Assembly: GCA_041485285.1 (NCBI GenBank)
Contig: JBGPJF010000004.1
Coordinates: 24,468-88,467 of the forward strand
Direction of reading: 5' to 3'
DNA: 64,000 nt
DNA from: Thermoplasmata archaeon
Lineage (GTDB): Archaea; Thermoplasmatota; DTKX01; DATEUP01
In this document: piece by piece, positions 41,501 through 50,055 of the stretch
How positions within the stretch are numbered: the first letter of the stretch is position 1
Layout of the letters: each line of letters opens with the position of its first letter
Translations under genes and position numbers: made by a program
Notes under the pieces: model-generated
Database searches by the model: none
The model's input: the letters and a program-made list of their open reading frames with translations, nothing else
What the model was told of the DNA's origin: nothing

Positions 41501-42696
41501 TGGCGGTTGGTGAGGGGGCTGTAGTACTCCTGGTAGCTGATCATGATCCCGTCGTTGTCGGGGTCGAGGTGGGCGTCGGTCGTGTTGACGGGGGAGAGGA
41601 AGAAGTCCCAGACCCACTGGAGCACGGTCGAGCCGTTGGTGGCAAGCGCGTGGCCCTTGCCGTAGTGGGCTTCGAACCCGTCCCACATGCCGTCGCCGTC
41701 GGTGTCGCGCAGGAGGGGGTTGGAGCCCGTGAGGCGCCCGCTTCCATCATAGTCGTGCCAGGTCTGGTATTCCTGGATGTTCGGGAACGTCTCGCCGCCG
41801 CGGACTTCGAGCCACCAGTTCTGCGCGTTGTCCGGGTCGACGTGGAAGAGCCCTTCGAGGTTGATGAGGTCGCCTTCGATCCAGCCGCCGGTGCGCTGCT
41901 GCCACGCGGCAAGCTGGGCGGGGCGGCTCGAGCCCGAGGTGAGTTCGACGCGCAGGTCGCACTCGTCGCGCGGGGTGTAGAGGGTCGCCAGCCCTTCCGA
42001 GCGGGTGGTGGTGTCGGTGACATGGACGTTGAGGGCGGAGGAGGGGTTGGTGTCGGGGTCGCCGTAGGTGCCGTTGTCCATCACGGCGGTGCGGTCGAAC
42101 CGCACGAGGAGGCCGTCGTAGGCGAGCTGGTTCTGCGAGAGGGCGCACACACCGAGGGTGGTGTACTGCGACTTCGGGGGGATCGAGAGGTTCGAGCGCA
42201 GGACCGAGTCCTGGTAGGAGTCGACGCGGTTGTTGTTGTTGAAGTCGTAGCCGTCGTTGTCGGGGTCTTCGTAGGCGTCGGTGGGGTCGACGGGGTCGAT
42301 GACCAGTTCGCGGGTCTCGCTGTTGCGGGTGTCCTTGTACTGGACTTCCCAGGGGTCGGGCATCCCGTCGCCGTCGGTGTCGACCTTGTTGACGTCGGTG
42401 CCGTAGATGTAGTTCTCATCGATGTCGAAGAGGCCGTCGTTGTCGCTGTCGATGCCGGGGATGTGGGGGGTGGGCTGGAGGGCCGAGAGAGGCTCCTGGC
42501 CGACGGGCTTGTACACGCCCGCGGTTTGCGAGGACAGGAACGCGGCCACGACAATCATGAGGAGGGAGGCGGCGATGAGTACCGCGACCACGAGGATTTC
42601 GAGGTTGAGCGTGGGGAGCCACGAGCCTTTCTCCTCGGTGGCAGGGGCCTCGGGGCCCAGCGTGGTTGCTCTCGAACCAACGGCCGGGGTCGCCAC
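38536..42696 (-). CDS. Large membrane-anchored Ca-binding repeat protein (thrombospondin type-3-like)
   Basis: One N-terminal TM, then many DTDGDGMPDGWE and DxDNDGLxNxxEY repeats; start uncertain (42696 or 42732). Confidence 0.88.
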   Translation of the reverse strand: MATPAVGSRATTLGPEAPATEEKGSWLPTLNLEILVVAVLIAASLLMIVVAAFLSSQTAGVYKPVGQEPLSALQPTPHIPGIDSDNDGLFDIDENYIYGTDVNKVDTDGDGMPDPWEVQYKDTRNSETRELVIDPVDPTDAYEDPDNDGYDFNNNNRVDSYQDSVLRSNLSIPPKSQYTTLGVCALSQNQLAYDGLLVRFDRTAVMDNGTYGDPDTNPSSALNVHVTDTTTRSEGLATLYTPRDECDLRVELTSGSSRPAQLAAWQQRTGGWIEGDLINLEGLFHVDPDNAQNWWLEVRGGETFPNIQEYQTWHDYDGSGRLTGSNPLLRDTDGDGMWDGFEAHYGKGHALATNGSTVLQWVWDFFLSPVNTTDAHLDPDNDGIMISYQEYYSPLTNRQCLPRDPVNGTCLREVPPDVSPSDFVLAGTNIDEFYLHTRPDQADSDNDTYPVPEEGVPITDWNTADMQEVLILGTNPISPDTDGDGMDDGWEVFYSLLPLNGSDKFQDPDNDSLPNINEYNNPGCRLNPRNNDTDQDLMPDGWEAQYTLDTCHNDALQDVDLTRGVVTPDGLTNLQEFYAHTNPRRIDTDGDFLSDFDEVTKTWTVSVEGKTYSYRTDATTADTDIDDHPDDEDGDGNSAPCEEILDGVDNDGDAKFQQNDNIDNDGDSVIDDGPFGKVPTAGPAGTEPSSWLPEGVDEEHDLCDWNEVTIYKTNATNADTDLEGLSDWVELFTDRNESKPGIQGTNPNLKDSDGDKLDDFNEVPHVVEGGLEECMRLYLPGFTDNVTRCTDPLNPDTDNDGLQDGFEVNTDWIPGNFIAGTAKEQVDSTDPTIPDTDGDGLTDGFEFDNSDIDGDGLPTKWELDFLGIYPLAYKETDANGNLIDDVNDDFDGDGLTNMQEYILRLNPIDLDTDGDGVIDTNEQPGKFYIPRLPVYADTDGDLMPDWWEKANLFDPYVPSNGCSADADNDGFFDLDEYLYNTPPRGHLDEAVPDKYNHVFIANPLSCDGDHDGMADWWESYYGLNPADPADYSTNLDKELNATHEVDPDTGIVILADNWTNWEEYVYARDPYNHISTNPRMGDSDYDAWDNPGHPVIRVDGSFNFTQTRVDYQKFYTDDKDLDPVILWHSKRPTNPSVNATALNPVRRGDSTGDIDRDGINNTVEAVKKTSAFDPDTDGDGMPDGWEVQYAIGNATTGKPILDPLYPGDANQDPDNDGWNYSRVVDSSQPIDICSGSYPAVITRRDFNGDGVVDDYLDNEQFTNIEEYWFGDDIDGDGINEVTTHPGKKITAAAQNCQGPVDGFVQYFKDRDFDQLPRWYEAMFGFDDADRTGVNGREADPDLDGWKTVIEARSSPWFNPRDPASHPEWCNVPREFLADPNSPPPPC

Positions 42697-42897
42697 GATA
42701 TTTCCCTTCCCGCACCATCTTGTTGCATTCAATCGCGATGGGTGCGATAGTTACACCGCCAGCGTGTGGGCGGAGTATCCGGGGATCAAAGCGTCCATAT
42801 ATGAAGGCTTCGAGCGGCGGCACCTTGGACTCAACAACGTGTAATCGCCGAAGAATTTCGGGCGTGCAGTTGGAATTTCCTCCGGGGCGGCGCGCGT

Positions 42898-42938
42898 CTA
42901 CTTCGGCGCGGCCGGTGGCGCTGCTGGATCTTGCGCTA
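42898..42938 (-). pseudogene. Displaced original 3' end of the CDP-alcohol phosphatidyltransferase gene
   Basis: Removing the IS and one TA restores the frame GEL-AQDPAAPPAAPK*. Confidence 0.8.
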
Positions 42939-44127
42939 GTGCCGTGATTCGAAACAGACTTCGGCATTTCACGGCGAAAGATTCGAATCCATGGAGGGGG
43001 ATACCCCTCCATGGTCCTACACGTCCGTGAGATCTCGAACGACGAGGGCAACCGCCTCTCCCGCCTCGTGAAGCGAACGAACAACGTTGTCACGATGCGT
43101 CGCGCACAGGTTCTCCTTCATTCCGCCCAAGGATTCACTCCACCGAAGATCGGCGAGATGCTCTGGATCTCGACAGACTGGGTCCGGCACATCATCAAGG
43201 AGTTCAACGAGCAGGGGTTCGATTCCCTGCGCCCGAAGCCGCGCGGGGGCGGGCGCCCCCGCGTGTTCGACGACGAGATTCGACTGGAGATGGTCAACCT
43301 CGCCCTCACGCCACCCCGAACGCTCGGGTACCCTTTCGAGAAGTGGTCGCTGCGCAAGCTGCGCGAGGCGATCATCGAACAGGGAATCGTTGCGGACATC
43401 AGCGTCTCGAACGTCCAGAAGATCATGACGGAGGAGATGCTCGGCTACCAAGTCGTGAAGACCTGGAAGGAGAGCAAGGACCCCGACTTCCACGAGAAGA
43501 AGAGTCGGGTCGACCGCCTCACGCGCAAGCGCCACAACCCTCCCGTCGTGATCGCGTACGACGAGTTGGGGCCGCTCGAATTGCGGCCCATCAAGGGCGG
43601 GCACTGGGCGCGGTCGGGGCACCCCGACCGCGTGCCGGCCACGTACAAGCGGAAGGGCGGGACGAGGCAGTTCCTTGTGGCGTTCAATTTCTACAAAGGG
43701 ACTTTCTTCGGGCGCCTTCGAAAGCGCAAGCGCTCGAAGGAGATCTTCGCCTTTTTCCGGCTCGTCCGTCGGCACTACCCAGCGGACCAACGGATCTACC
43801 TGATCATGGACAACCTGTCGGCGCACCTCACGCCCGAAATCCGCGTGTGGGCCAAGGCCCACAAGGTTACGCTCGTCCAGACCCCGACGAACGCCTCGTG
43901 GTGCAACCCGATCGAGGCGCACTTTGCAAGCGTGCGGACGCTCGCCTTTTCGGGGACCAACCACCAAGATTGGAGCGCTGCGGGCCGCGCGCTCCACAAG
44001 GCGCTTCGATGGAAGAACTCGCACCGCAAGGAGATGCTGCAGGCGCGCGAGGACCGCCGGCGGAGGCGCCGGCGGCAGCTCTGGCGAGTACGGGCAAATG
44101 TAGGAGCCTAGTTATCGATCACGGCAC
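42939..44127 (+). mobile_element. IS630-family insertion sequence
   Basis: Terminal IRs GTGCCGTGAT...ATCACGGCAC; TA duplicated at 42937-42938 and 44128-44129 within a CTAG target. Confidence 0.95.
43011..44111 (+). CDS. IS630 transposase (single ORF)
   Basis: N-terminal HTH, GRPR, WSLRKL; DDE triad IAYDE / IMDN / NPIE. Confidence 0.95.
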   Translation: MVLHVREISNDEGNRLSRLVKRTNNVVTMRRAQVLLHSAQGFTPPKIGEMLWISTDWVRHIIKEFNEQGFDSLRPKPRGGGRPRVFDDEIRLEMVNLALTPPRTLGYPFEKWSLRKLREAIIEQGIVADISVSNVQKIMTEEMLGYQVVKTWKESKDPDFHEKKSRVDRLTRKRHNPPVVIAYDELGPLELRPIKGGHWARSGHPDRVPATYKRKGGTRQFLVAFNFYKGTFFGRLRKRKRSKEIFAFFRLVRRHYPADQRIYLIMDNLSAHLTPEIRVWAKAHKVTLVQTPTNASWCNPIEAHFASVRTLAFSGTNHQDWSAAGRALHKALRWKNSHRKEMLQAREDRRRRRRRQLWRVRANVGA

Positions 44128-44814
44128 TAGTTCGCCGGGCTTGCCGTCGCGCCGAAGGAGCGCGCGGCGCGACCGGACGAAGCGTTGCACGGCGGTGGCG
44201 TGGCCGAGGACGGCGAAGGCAAGGAGGAGCGCGGTGATGGGCGTGATGATTTGGGGAGCCGAATAGGGCGGCCTCCACGGGACGTTCACGGCGAATGTGA
44301 CGGAGAGACCGGCGACGACCAGCACGCCTTGGAGGAGGGGGACGGCGGTAAGGAGCACGAGCCGGTCGACGCGACCGAGCACCCCGCGGTAGTCGCGCTT
44401 GAGGCCGACGGCCGAGGCTTGGGTCGCGATGTAGCTTGTGAGGAACACGCCGGTGAGGGCGAAGAAGCCCCAGCGCAGGTTGCCGAAGGCGGAGAACGCG
44501 AGGCCGCCGATGATGAAGAGGTCGCCGTAGCGGTCGAGGGCGTGGTCGAGGAAGTCGCCGGCCTTTGATGCCGTCCCCGCGCGACGCGCGACGAGGCCGT
44601 CGAGGCCGTCGAACACGCCGGAGACAAAGACGAGGAGCCCCCCTAGAATGAGCAGCCATGCGCTCGCGGCCGACGCGAGCGCGAAGCTCACGCCGGCTGC
44701 GCCCGCCAGGCCAACGGAGATCCAGCTGATGCGGTCGGCGCCGAGCGGGGCGAGGCGGTCAGCGAGCGGCCCGAGCACGGCCTCGCCGCGCGCGCGCTGC
44801 TTGTCTAGCACCAT
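44119..44814 (-). CDS. CDP-alcohol phosphatidyltransferase (archaetidylinositol-phosphate synthase-like); stop codon now inside the IS
   Basis: DGLDGLVARRAG..SKAGDFLDHALDRYGD motif. Confidence 0.92.
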   Translation of the reverse strand: MVLDKQRARGEAVLGPLADRLAPLGADRISWISVGLAGAAGVSFALASAASAWLLILGGLLVFVSGVFDGLDGLVARRAGTASKAGDFLDHALDRYGDLFIIGGLAFSAFGNLRWGFFALTGVFLTSYIATQASAVGLKRDYRGVLGRVDRLVLLTAVPLLQGVLVVAGLSVTFAVNVPWRPPYSAPQIITPITALLLAFAVLGHATAVQRFVRSRRALLRRDGKPGELVP

Positions 44815-45350
44815 GCGGGGGCCTCCTCGAGGTAGTCGATGCGGCCGGCGCGCAGCGAGGTGGCTTTCCCGGCGGCAACGCGCATGACCGCCCCGGCAGC
44901 ATGGGGCGCTCGCGCCCCGCCTGTCGAAAACTCGAACACGCGGCGCACCCCGAGCCGTTCGACGGCCTCGGTGGCGATCACGCCAACCGCCTCGGCGCAG
45001 ACATTCTCGCGGACCTTGGGCTCCGCCCACCCGCGCCGCCGCAGCCGCCGCGCCAAAAGCGGCGGCGGGCAGCGCAGTACGAGCGCGCAGTCGACCGACA
45101 GGAAGTGGGCGAGGTGCCCTTCGAGCACAAGGGGCGCCGCTTGGGGGAACGCCTTGGCGCGCTTCGACACCGCGCGGTCGAGCGCGTGCACATCGACCTC
45201 GAACGACCCGCGCCGTTGGTCGCGGGCGCCGAGCAGCCCCGCGCGCGCGGCCTCCGCGTTCAGCGAGAGCACCGGAACCCCGCGGCGAGAAAGCGCGGCG
45301 CCAACGGCGCTCTTGCCCGTGCCCGGCGTGCCGGTGAGTGCGACCCTCAC
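44805..45350 (-). CDS. Adenylate kinase, AK6/Fap7-like
   Basis: GTPGTGKS, EGHLAH, LARRLRRRGW..KVREN. Confidence 0.88.
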   Translation of the reverse strand: MRVALTGTPGTGKSAVGAALSRRGVPVLSLNAEAARAGLLGARDQRRGSFEVDVHALDRAVSKRAKAFPQAAPLVLEGHLAHFLSVDCALVLRCPPPLLARRLRRRGWAEPKVRENVCAEAVGVIATEAVERLGVRRVFEFSTGGARAPHAAGAVMRVAAGKATSLRAGRIDYLEEAPAWC

Positions 45351-45413
45351 AGGCCGCAATCAGCCGGGTCAAAGGCTTTAACTTTCGCCAGGGCGCTTGC
45401 AAGAATCGGTTCC

Positions 45414-46604
45414 ATGGCGAAACCGGCTTCGATCGACGAAATGACGGTGGGCGACGCGCTGGAACCCATCAAGGCGACGGTCGGCCAAGATGCCACGCTT
45501 GCCCAAGCCCTGGGCGCGATGAAGAAAAACGGGCTCCACGACCTCGCGGTGATGGGCCCGAAGGGCGAGCTGCTCGGAATCCTCTCCGACGAGACGCTGC
45601 TCAAGCGGCGGCGCCTCCCCCTCGGGTCGCACGTGTCGAACCTGCTGGTGGTCCCTCCGCGGATCACCACCGACGAGCCGCTGGCGAAGGGCGCGGAGGC
45701 GCTGCTCTCCAACGGCCTGCGGGAGCTGCCCGTCTTCCAGCCCGGGGGCAAGACCGTTGCCGGCCAGATCTCGCGGTGGGGGCTTCTCGAGATCCTGCGC
45801 CGCGACCCTGAAATCGCAAAGCTGCCGGCCCATGCGGTCATGACGCCCGACCCGGTCGTGGTGAAGGAGAGCGACACCATCGACCACGCCATCGACGAGA
45901 TGCGCAGGCTCGACGAGCCCACGATCCCAGTCGTGGACAAGGGCGGCGACTTGGTGGGCGTCGTGAGCGCGCGCGACATCCTGCGGTTGTACGCCGGTTG
46001 GGCGGCCCAGCCGCGGGTGCCGAAGGGCTCGGTCAAGGGCAAATCGGCCTCGAGGGCAACGGTCGAGGGCGTCATGACCTCGCCGGTGGTCGAGGCCAAC
46101 CGGGACGCAACCGTCGAAGAGCTTTCCTCGCTCATGCTCGAATCGAAGGCCTCCTCGGTCGTGATCACGGACAACGAGAAGCCGAAGGGCATCGTGACGA
46201 AGGGCGACTTGCTCGAACTTCTGGCGTCGGTTGCCCCGCGCGAGGGCTGCTTCCTGCAGGTCACGGGGCTCGAAGGCCACGACCCCTTTTTGCTCGAGGA
46301 CGTGTTCAGCGTGATCGAGCCGGGGATTCAGCGGATCGCCGTGCACGCGAAGCCCATGACGTTCAACGCGCATGTGATGGAGCACCACCGGACCTACGGA
46401 CACCGCGGCGAGGTGCGCGCGCGCCTGCAGACGGACCGCGGCCTGTTCACGGCCACGGCGGAAGACGAAGACGTGCTGCGGGCGGTCGACTCCGTGCTCC
46501 AGCGGCTGGAGAGCCAGGTGCGCCGCGACAAGGAGAAGCACCGCCCGAGCCCGAACAAGGCGCGCGCCGGCGCGATGCCGCGCGGGCGCGCGAAGCTGCA
46601 GTAG
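45414..46604 (+). CDS. Four CBS domains fused to a C-terminal HPF/RaiA-like domain
   Basis: CBS motifs (IPVVDKGGDLVGVVSARD, GIVTKGDLL); C-terminus FTATAEDEDVLRAVDSVLQRLESQVRRDKEK; ATG 45414. Confidence 0.85.
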   Translation: MAKPASIDEMTVGDALEPIKATVGQDATLAQALGAMKKNGLHDLAVMGPKGELLGILSDETLLKRRRLPLGSHVSNLLVVPPRITTDEPLAKGAEALLSNGLRELPVFQPGGKTVAGQISRWGLLEILRRDPEIAKLPAHAVMTPDPVVVKESDTIDHAIDEMRRLDEPTIPVVDKGGDLVGVVSARDILRLYAGWAAQPRVPKGSVKGKSASRATVEGVMTSPVVEANRDATVEELSSLMLESKASSVVITDNEKPKGIVTKGDLLELLASVAPREGCFLQVTGLEGHDPFLLEDVFSVIEPGIQRIAVHAKPMTFNAHVMEHHRTYGHRGEVRARLQTDRGLFTATAEDEDVLRAVDSVLQRLESQVRRDKEKHRPSPNKARAGAMPRGRAKLQ

Positions 46605-46625
46605 GCGCGGTCGGGAGGGGCTCCC

Positions 46626-46943
46626 TTGGAGCGGGCCCCCGCCGAAAGCCGTCCGGACGCCACGCCCCACAAGGGCTCTTCGAAGAGAGCCTATGCGGCC
46701 GTCGGCGCGGGCCTCTCGGTGTGCGCCGCGGCCCTCACTTTCGTGGTCGCGAACATGACCTCGTGGATTCTATTCCACGACCCTGGCGCCTTTCCTGCCT
46801 CGAACTATGGGCGAATTGATGCGGTCGGCCTCATCCTGTTCTGGGCGATCGACGGGACAGTCATCGCGATCACCGCACTGATCTGGGTTCGCGGTGTGTT
46901 TGCGCCCGACCCTCTGTCTCCGCTCGCGCTCCGCGACCCCTAG
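46626..46943 (+). CDS. Small hypothetical membrane protein (2 TM)
   Basis: Two hydrophobic helices; stop overlaps the HDAC stop. Confidence 0.45.
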   Translation: MERAPAESRPDATPHKGSSKRAYAAVGAGLSVCAAALTFVVANMTSWILFHDPGAFPASNYGRIDAVGLILFWAIDGTVIAITALIWVRGVFAPDPLSPLALRDP

Positions 46944-47965
46944 CGCGGCTCCGGCAATCCCCACTGCTTGGCCTGCACCGCCTGCGCGCGTTCGACCGCC
47001 ACGGTGCCGACGGCCCGGTAGTCCTTGACCTCGTTCAGCGACGTCGAAAACGGCTTGCCTTCCACGGATGCCGCGATACCCGCAACCGTCTCCGCGAGCG
47101 CCAAGAGGTTGTACCCGCCCTCGAGCACGAACACCGCGGGCATCTTGGCGTTCTGGCGCGCGAACTTCGCCACGCGCGTGCACAGGTCGATGTACGCCCC
47201 CGAGGTGAGCGTGAGCCCCGCGAGCGGGTCCTCGTAGTGCGCGTCGAGGCCGAGCGACACGATCACGGCTTTCGGCTTGGACTGCTCGAGGACGGGGAGC
47301 AGCACGCGGTCCCACGCGAGGCGGAAGGTGGCGTCGCCCGACCCCTCGGGGAGCGGGATGTTCACGATGCGGCCCACGCCCGCGCCTTCGCCGACTTCCT
47401 CGACGCTCCCGGAGTTGGGGTAGATCCCTTCTTGGTGGGTCGAGAGGTACACAATGTCCTTGCGCGACTGGAAGATCTCCTGCGTCCCGTTGCCGTGGTG
47501 CACATCGAGGTCGACGATGGCCACGGGGGAAAGGCCCTCCTCCTTCGAGAGGTGGTGCGCGGTGACAGCGGCGTTGTTGAAGTAGCAGAACCCGCCGGCA
47601 AAGGCGGTGCCCGCGTGGTGCCCGGGGGGACGCGTGAGCGCGAAGGCCTCCTCGTTCTTTGACATCGCGTGGCGCGCGGCGGCAAGGGCGGCCCCCGCCG
47701 CGATGAGCGCCAGCTGGTAGGTGCCTGGCCGAATGAACGTGTCCGCGTCGTAGGCGCCTTCCTTCGTGTGCATGATCTTCTCGACGAAGGCCTCGTCGTG
47801 CACGTGGCACACATCGCGCTTGCCTGCAGGGGCGGGTTTGATGAACCCGTCCAGGCGCCCTTCCGTCTCCAGCCGATCGACAATTGCCTGGAGCCGCTCC
47901 GGCCGTTCGGGGTGGCCGGCCCACTGGACATGCTCCAGCGACCGAGGGTGATAGACGAACTTCAC
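46940..47965 (-). CDS. Histone deacetylase/AcuC family protein
   Basis: HPERPER, RPPGHHA, GFCYFNN, DLDVHHGNGTQ, LEGGY. Confidence 0.96.
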   Translation of the reverse strand: MKFVYHPRSLEHVQWAGHPERPERLQAIVDRLETEGRLDGFIKPAPAGKRDVCHVHDEAFVEKIMHTKEGAYDADTFIRPGTYQLALIAAGAALAAARHAMSKNEEAFALTRPPGHHAGTAFAGGFCYFNNAAVTAHHLSKEEGLSPVAIVDLDVHHGNGTQEIFQSRKDIVYLSTHQEGIYPNSGSVEEVGEGAGVGRIVNIPLPEGSGDATFRLAWDRVLLPVLEQSKPKAVIVSLGLDAHYEDPLAGLTLTSGAYIDLCTRVAKFARQNAKMPAVFVLEGGYNLLALAETVAGIAASVEGKPFSTSLNEVKDYRAVGTVAVERAQAVQAKQWGLPEPR

Positions 47966-48058
47966 GGCCTCTTTCCCACCGAACTTGAACGGTTTTATCT
48001 AACTGGACGCATATACCCTTAAGGGAAGGCTGGCCTTCGGGATTCAGGCCTTCAAGTA

Positions 48059-48502
48059 GTGACCCCGGGGGGGTTCGGAACGGTCGGAGATGAGATCCTA
48101 AAGCGGGCCCGCCGACCCGGCGGGGCCCCCGCGAAACCCCGCATTATCCCCAACCTGGCTGCCCCCCCAGCGGCGCCAAGGCCCCCCCCGGCGCCTCCGC
48201 CCCCGGTCCTCACCGTCAACCCCAACGCCGTAGTCACGCGCCGCGACCTAGAGGTCGTGGCCTCAGTCTGGAACCTCTCGGAGGAGCTCTTCGGCCGTCT
48301 GGAGGGGATGAAGCTCTCCGACCTGCAGGTCGCCACCTCGATCTCGAAGGACTTCAAGCGTGACCTGATCGCGGTCGTCGAGCGCCGGCTGTCCCCGCGC
48401 AAGGTGCGCCCAGGCGGCACCAGCGACAGCGGGATGGACGACGGCGGCGGGCCCGCTCCAACGGGCGGCGGCGGCGGGGCCGTCGGCGGCGGCGACATGT
48501 AA
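48059..48502 (+). CDS. Hypothetical protein
   Basis: Host-like codon usage in its core; palindromic CCCTTAAGGG at 48016-48025 upstream. Confidence 0.5.
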   Translation: MTPGGFGTVGDEILKRARRPGGAPAKPRIIPNLAAPPAAPRPPPAPPPPVLTVNPNAVVTRRDLEVVASVWNLSEELFGRLEGMKLSDLQVATSISKDFKRDLIAVVERRLSPRKVRPGGTSDSGMDDGGGPAPTGGGGGAVGGGDM

Positions 48503-48600
48503 GGCCAGCGCGCCAATTGCAGCGTCGCTGGAACCCCCCAACGCTTATATCGAAAGGCAGGATTGCCCGCACCTTGCAGCCTTGCTTTCAGGTGTAGCCG

Positions 48601-49056
48601 ATGGTCGAATTCGTCGCCGTGGTGTCGGACCCCAAGGGTGGGAAGTCCTTCCAGTCGAAGGTCGTCGGGCACCTTGCCAATTCGCTCGTCGGCAAGAAGA
48701 TCGGCGACGAGATCGACGGCATCTTCGTCCAGCTCCCCGGCTACAAGCTGAAGATTACGGGCGGCTCCGACCGCGCCGGGTTCCCGATGATCGCCGCGCT
48801 GCCGGGAACGCGCTACCGCCGGCTGCTTGCCACCAAGGGCCCTGGGTTCCGCTCGACCACGCGCCACAAGAAGAAGCGCGACAAGCCGACGCACGAGGCG
48901 GGCCTGCGCAAGAAGAAGCCCGTGCGCGGCAACACAATTTCCCCGGAGACCTCGCAGGTCAACCTGAAGATCACGACCCGCGGCGCCAAGCCGATTGAGG
49001 ACCTCCTCAAGGCCGAGGCGAAGAAGGCGGACGAGAAGGGCCCGGAGAAGAAGTAG
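48601..49056 (+). CDS. rps6e: 30S ribosomal protein S6e
   Basis: VVSDPKGG, GKKIGDEIDG, KITGGSD..GFPM, VRGNTIS. Confidence 0.96.
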   Translation: MVEFVAVVSDPKGGKSFQSKVVGHLANSLVGKKIGDEIDGIFVQLPGYKLKITGGSDRAGFPMIAALPGTRYRRLLATKGPGFRSTTRHKKKRDKPTHEAGLRKKKPVRGNTISPETSQVNLKITTRGAKPIEDLLKAEAKKADEKGPEKK

Positions 49057-49891
49057 CGCGGGTGCCGCGGGACGCGATGGCGTCGCGGTCGAACCCCCGC
49101 ACCACGCGCAGCAGGTCGAGGGCGCTTTCCACATCGAGGTCGACCAGGCGCGAGGCGACCGGCGACCAGAACTTCTCGATGTGCCCCTCGGTGGCCTCGA
49201 GCACGACGAAGGGCTGCTCGGGGCCGAACAGCCACCGTTCCGCCCCCACTTCTTCGAGGGCGCGGCGCGCGTGCGCGCCGGCCGGCGCGCCCCACTCGGG
49301 CGTCCCGTCGTCCTGCCCGCTGCGCCGGAGCAGGCTGCGCAGCGCCGCCTCTTCCTGCGAGGGGAGCCCGAGCGACTCGGGGGTCGCCCCCCCGAGGAAG
49401 CGGGAACGCTTGGGCGCAAGCAGGAGCACACCGCTCTCCTTGCACGTCCACGCGCAGCGGACGCCGACCACCTGCACCGCCCAGAGCACGTTCACATTCA
49501 CGTAGACCGCAAGCTCGAGGGGGTAGCGCTCGTCGGAGGAGCGCGCGCGCACTTCCATCCCGGCGCCGAGCGCCCCGGAATGGGGCGCACGGATCCAGTA
49601 GATCCGCACGCCGGTGGCTTCGAGGCTGCCGGCCGACGCAAGCGCCCGCCGCACGACGCCGACGGCGCGCGCGTAGGCCGCGCAGTACGCGGAAAACCAG
49701 AACGCGGCGAGCGCGAGCCACAGGAGCGGGCTCTGAATGGCCGCAAGCCCGCGGGCCGCGCTCCACCCGAGCACGACGAGGGCAAACACGCCGAACCCGA
49801 CGGCGGCGATTGCAAGCTGCGCGCGGCGCGCGCCCGGCAGCGACTGGAGGCGCGGGACTTCGGCGTCGACATCGCCGTCCAGTGTTGACAT
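49007..49891 (-). CDS. Hypothetical membrane protein
   Basis: Two N-terminal TM helices plus a soluble domain; antisense between rps6e and eif2g. Confidence 0.55.
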   Translation of the reverse strand: MSTLDGDVDAEVPRLQSLPGARRAQLAIAAVGFGVFALVVLGWSAARGLAAIQSPLLWLALAAFWFSAYCAAYARAVGVVRRALASAGSLEATGVRIYWIRAPHSGALGAGMEVRARSSDERYPLELAVYVNVNVLWAVQVVGVRCAWTCKESGVLLLAPKRSRFLGGATPESLGLPSQEEAALRSLLRRSGQDDGTPEWGAPAGAHARRALEEVGAERWLFGPEQPFVVLEATEGHIEKFWSPVASRLVDLDVESALDLLRVVRGFDRDAIASRGTRATSSPGPSRPPSSPRP

Positions 49892-50055
49892 GGCCGCCTC
49901 CTGCTCCGCGCCCGACCCTTGCCAAAGCGGCCCGGGGGGAAAACGGTTTGCTCGTCCGCGCGCCGCCCCGCATCCAGCGCGAGAAATCCGCGGGGGTGCG
50001 GGAAAACCGGGAAATACCCCTTGCCCCTTCCGCCACCTCCCAAGGAAGGCGCCGC

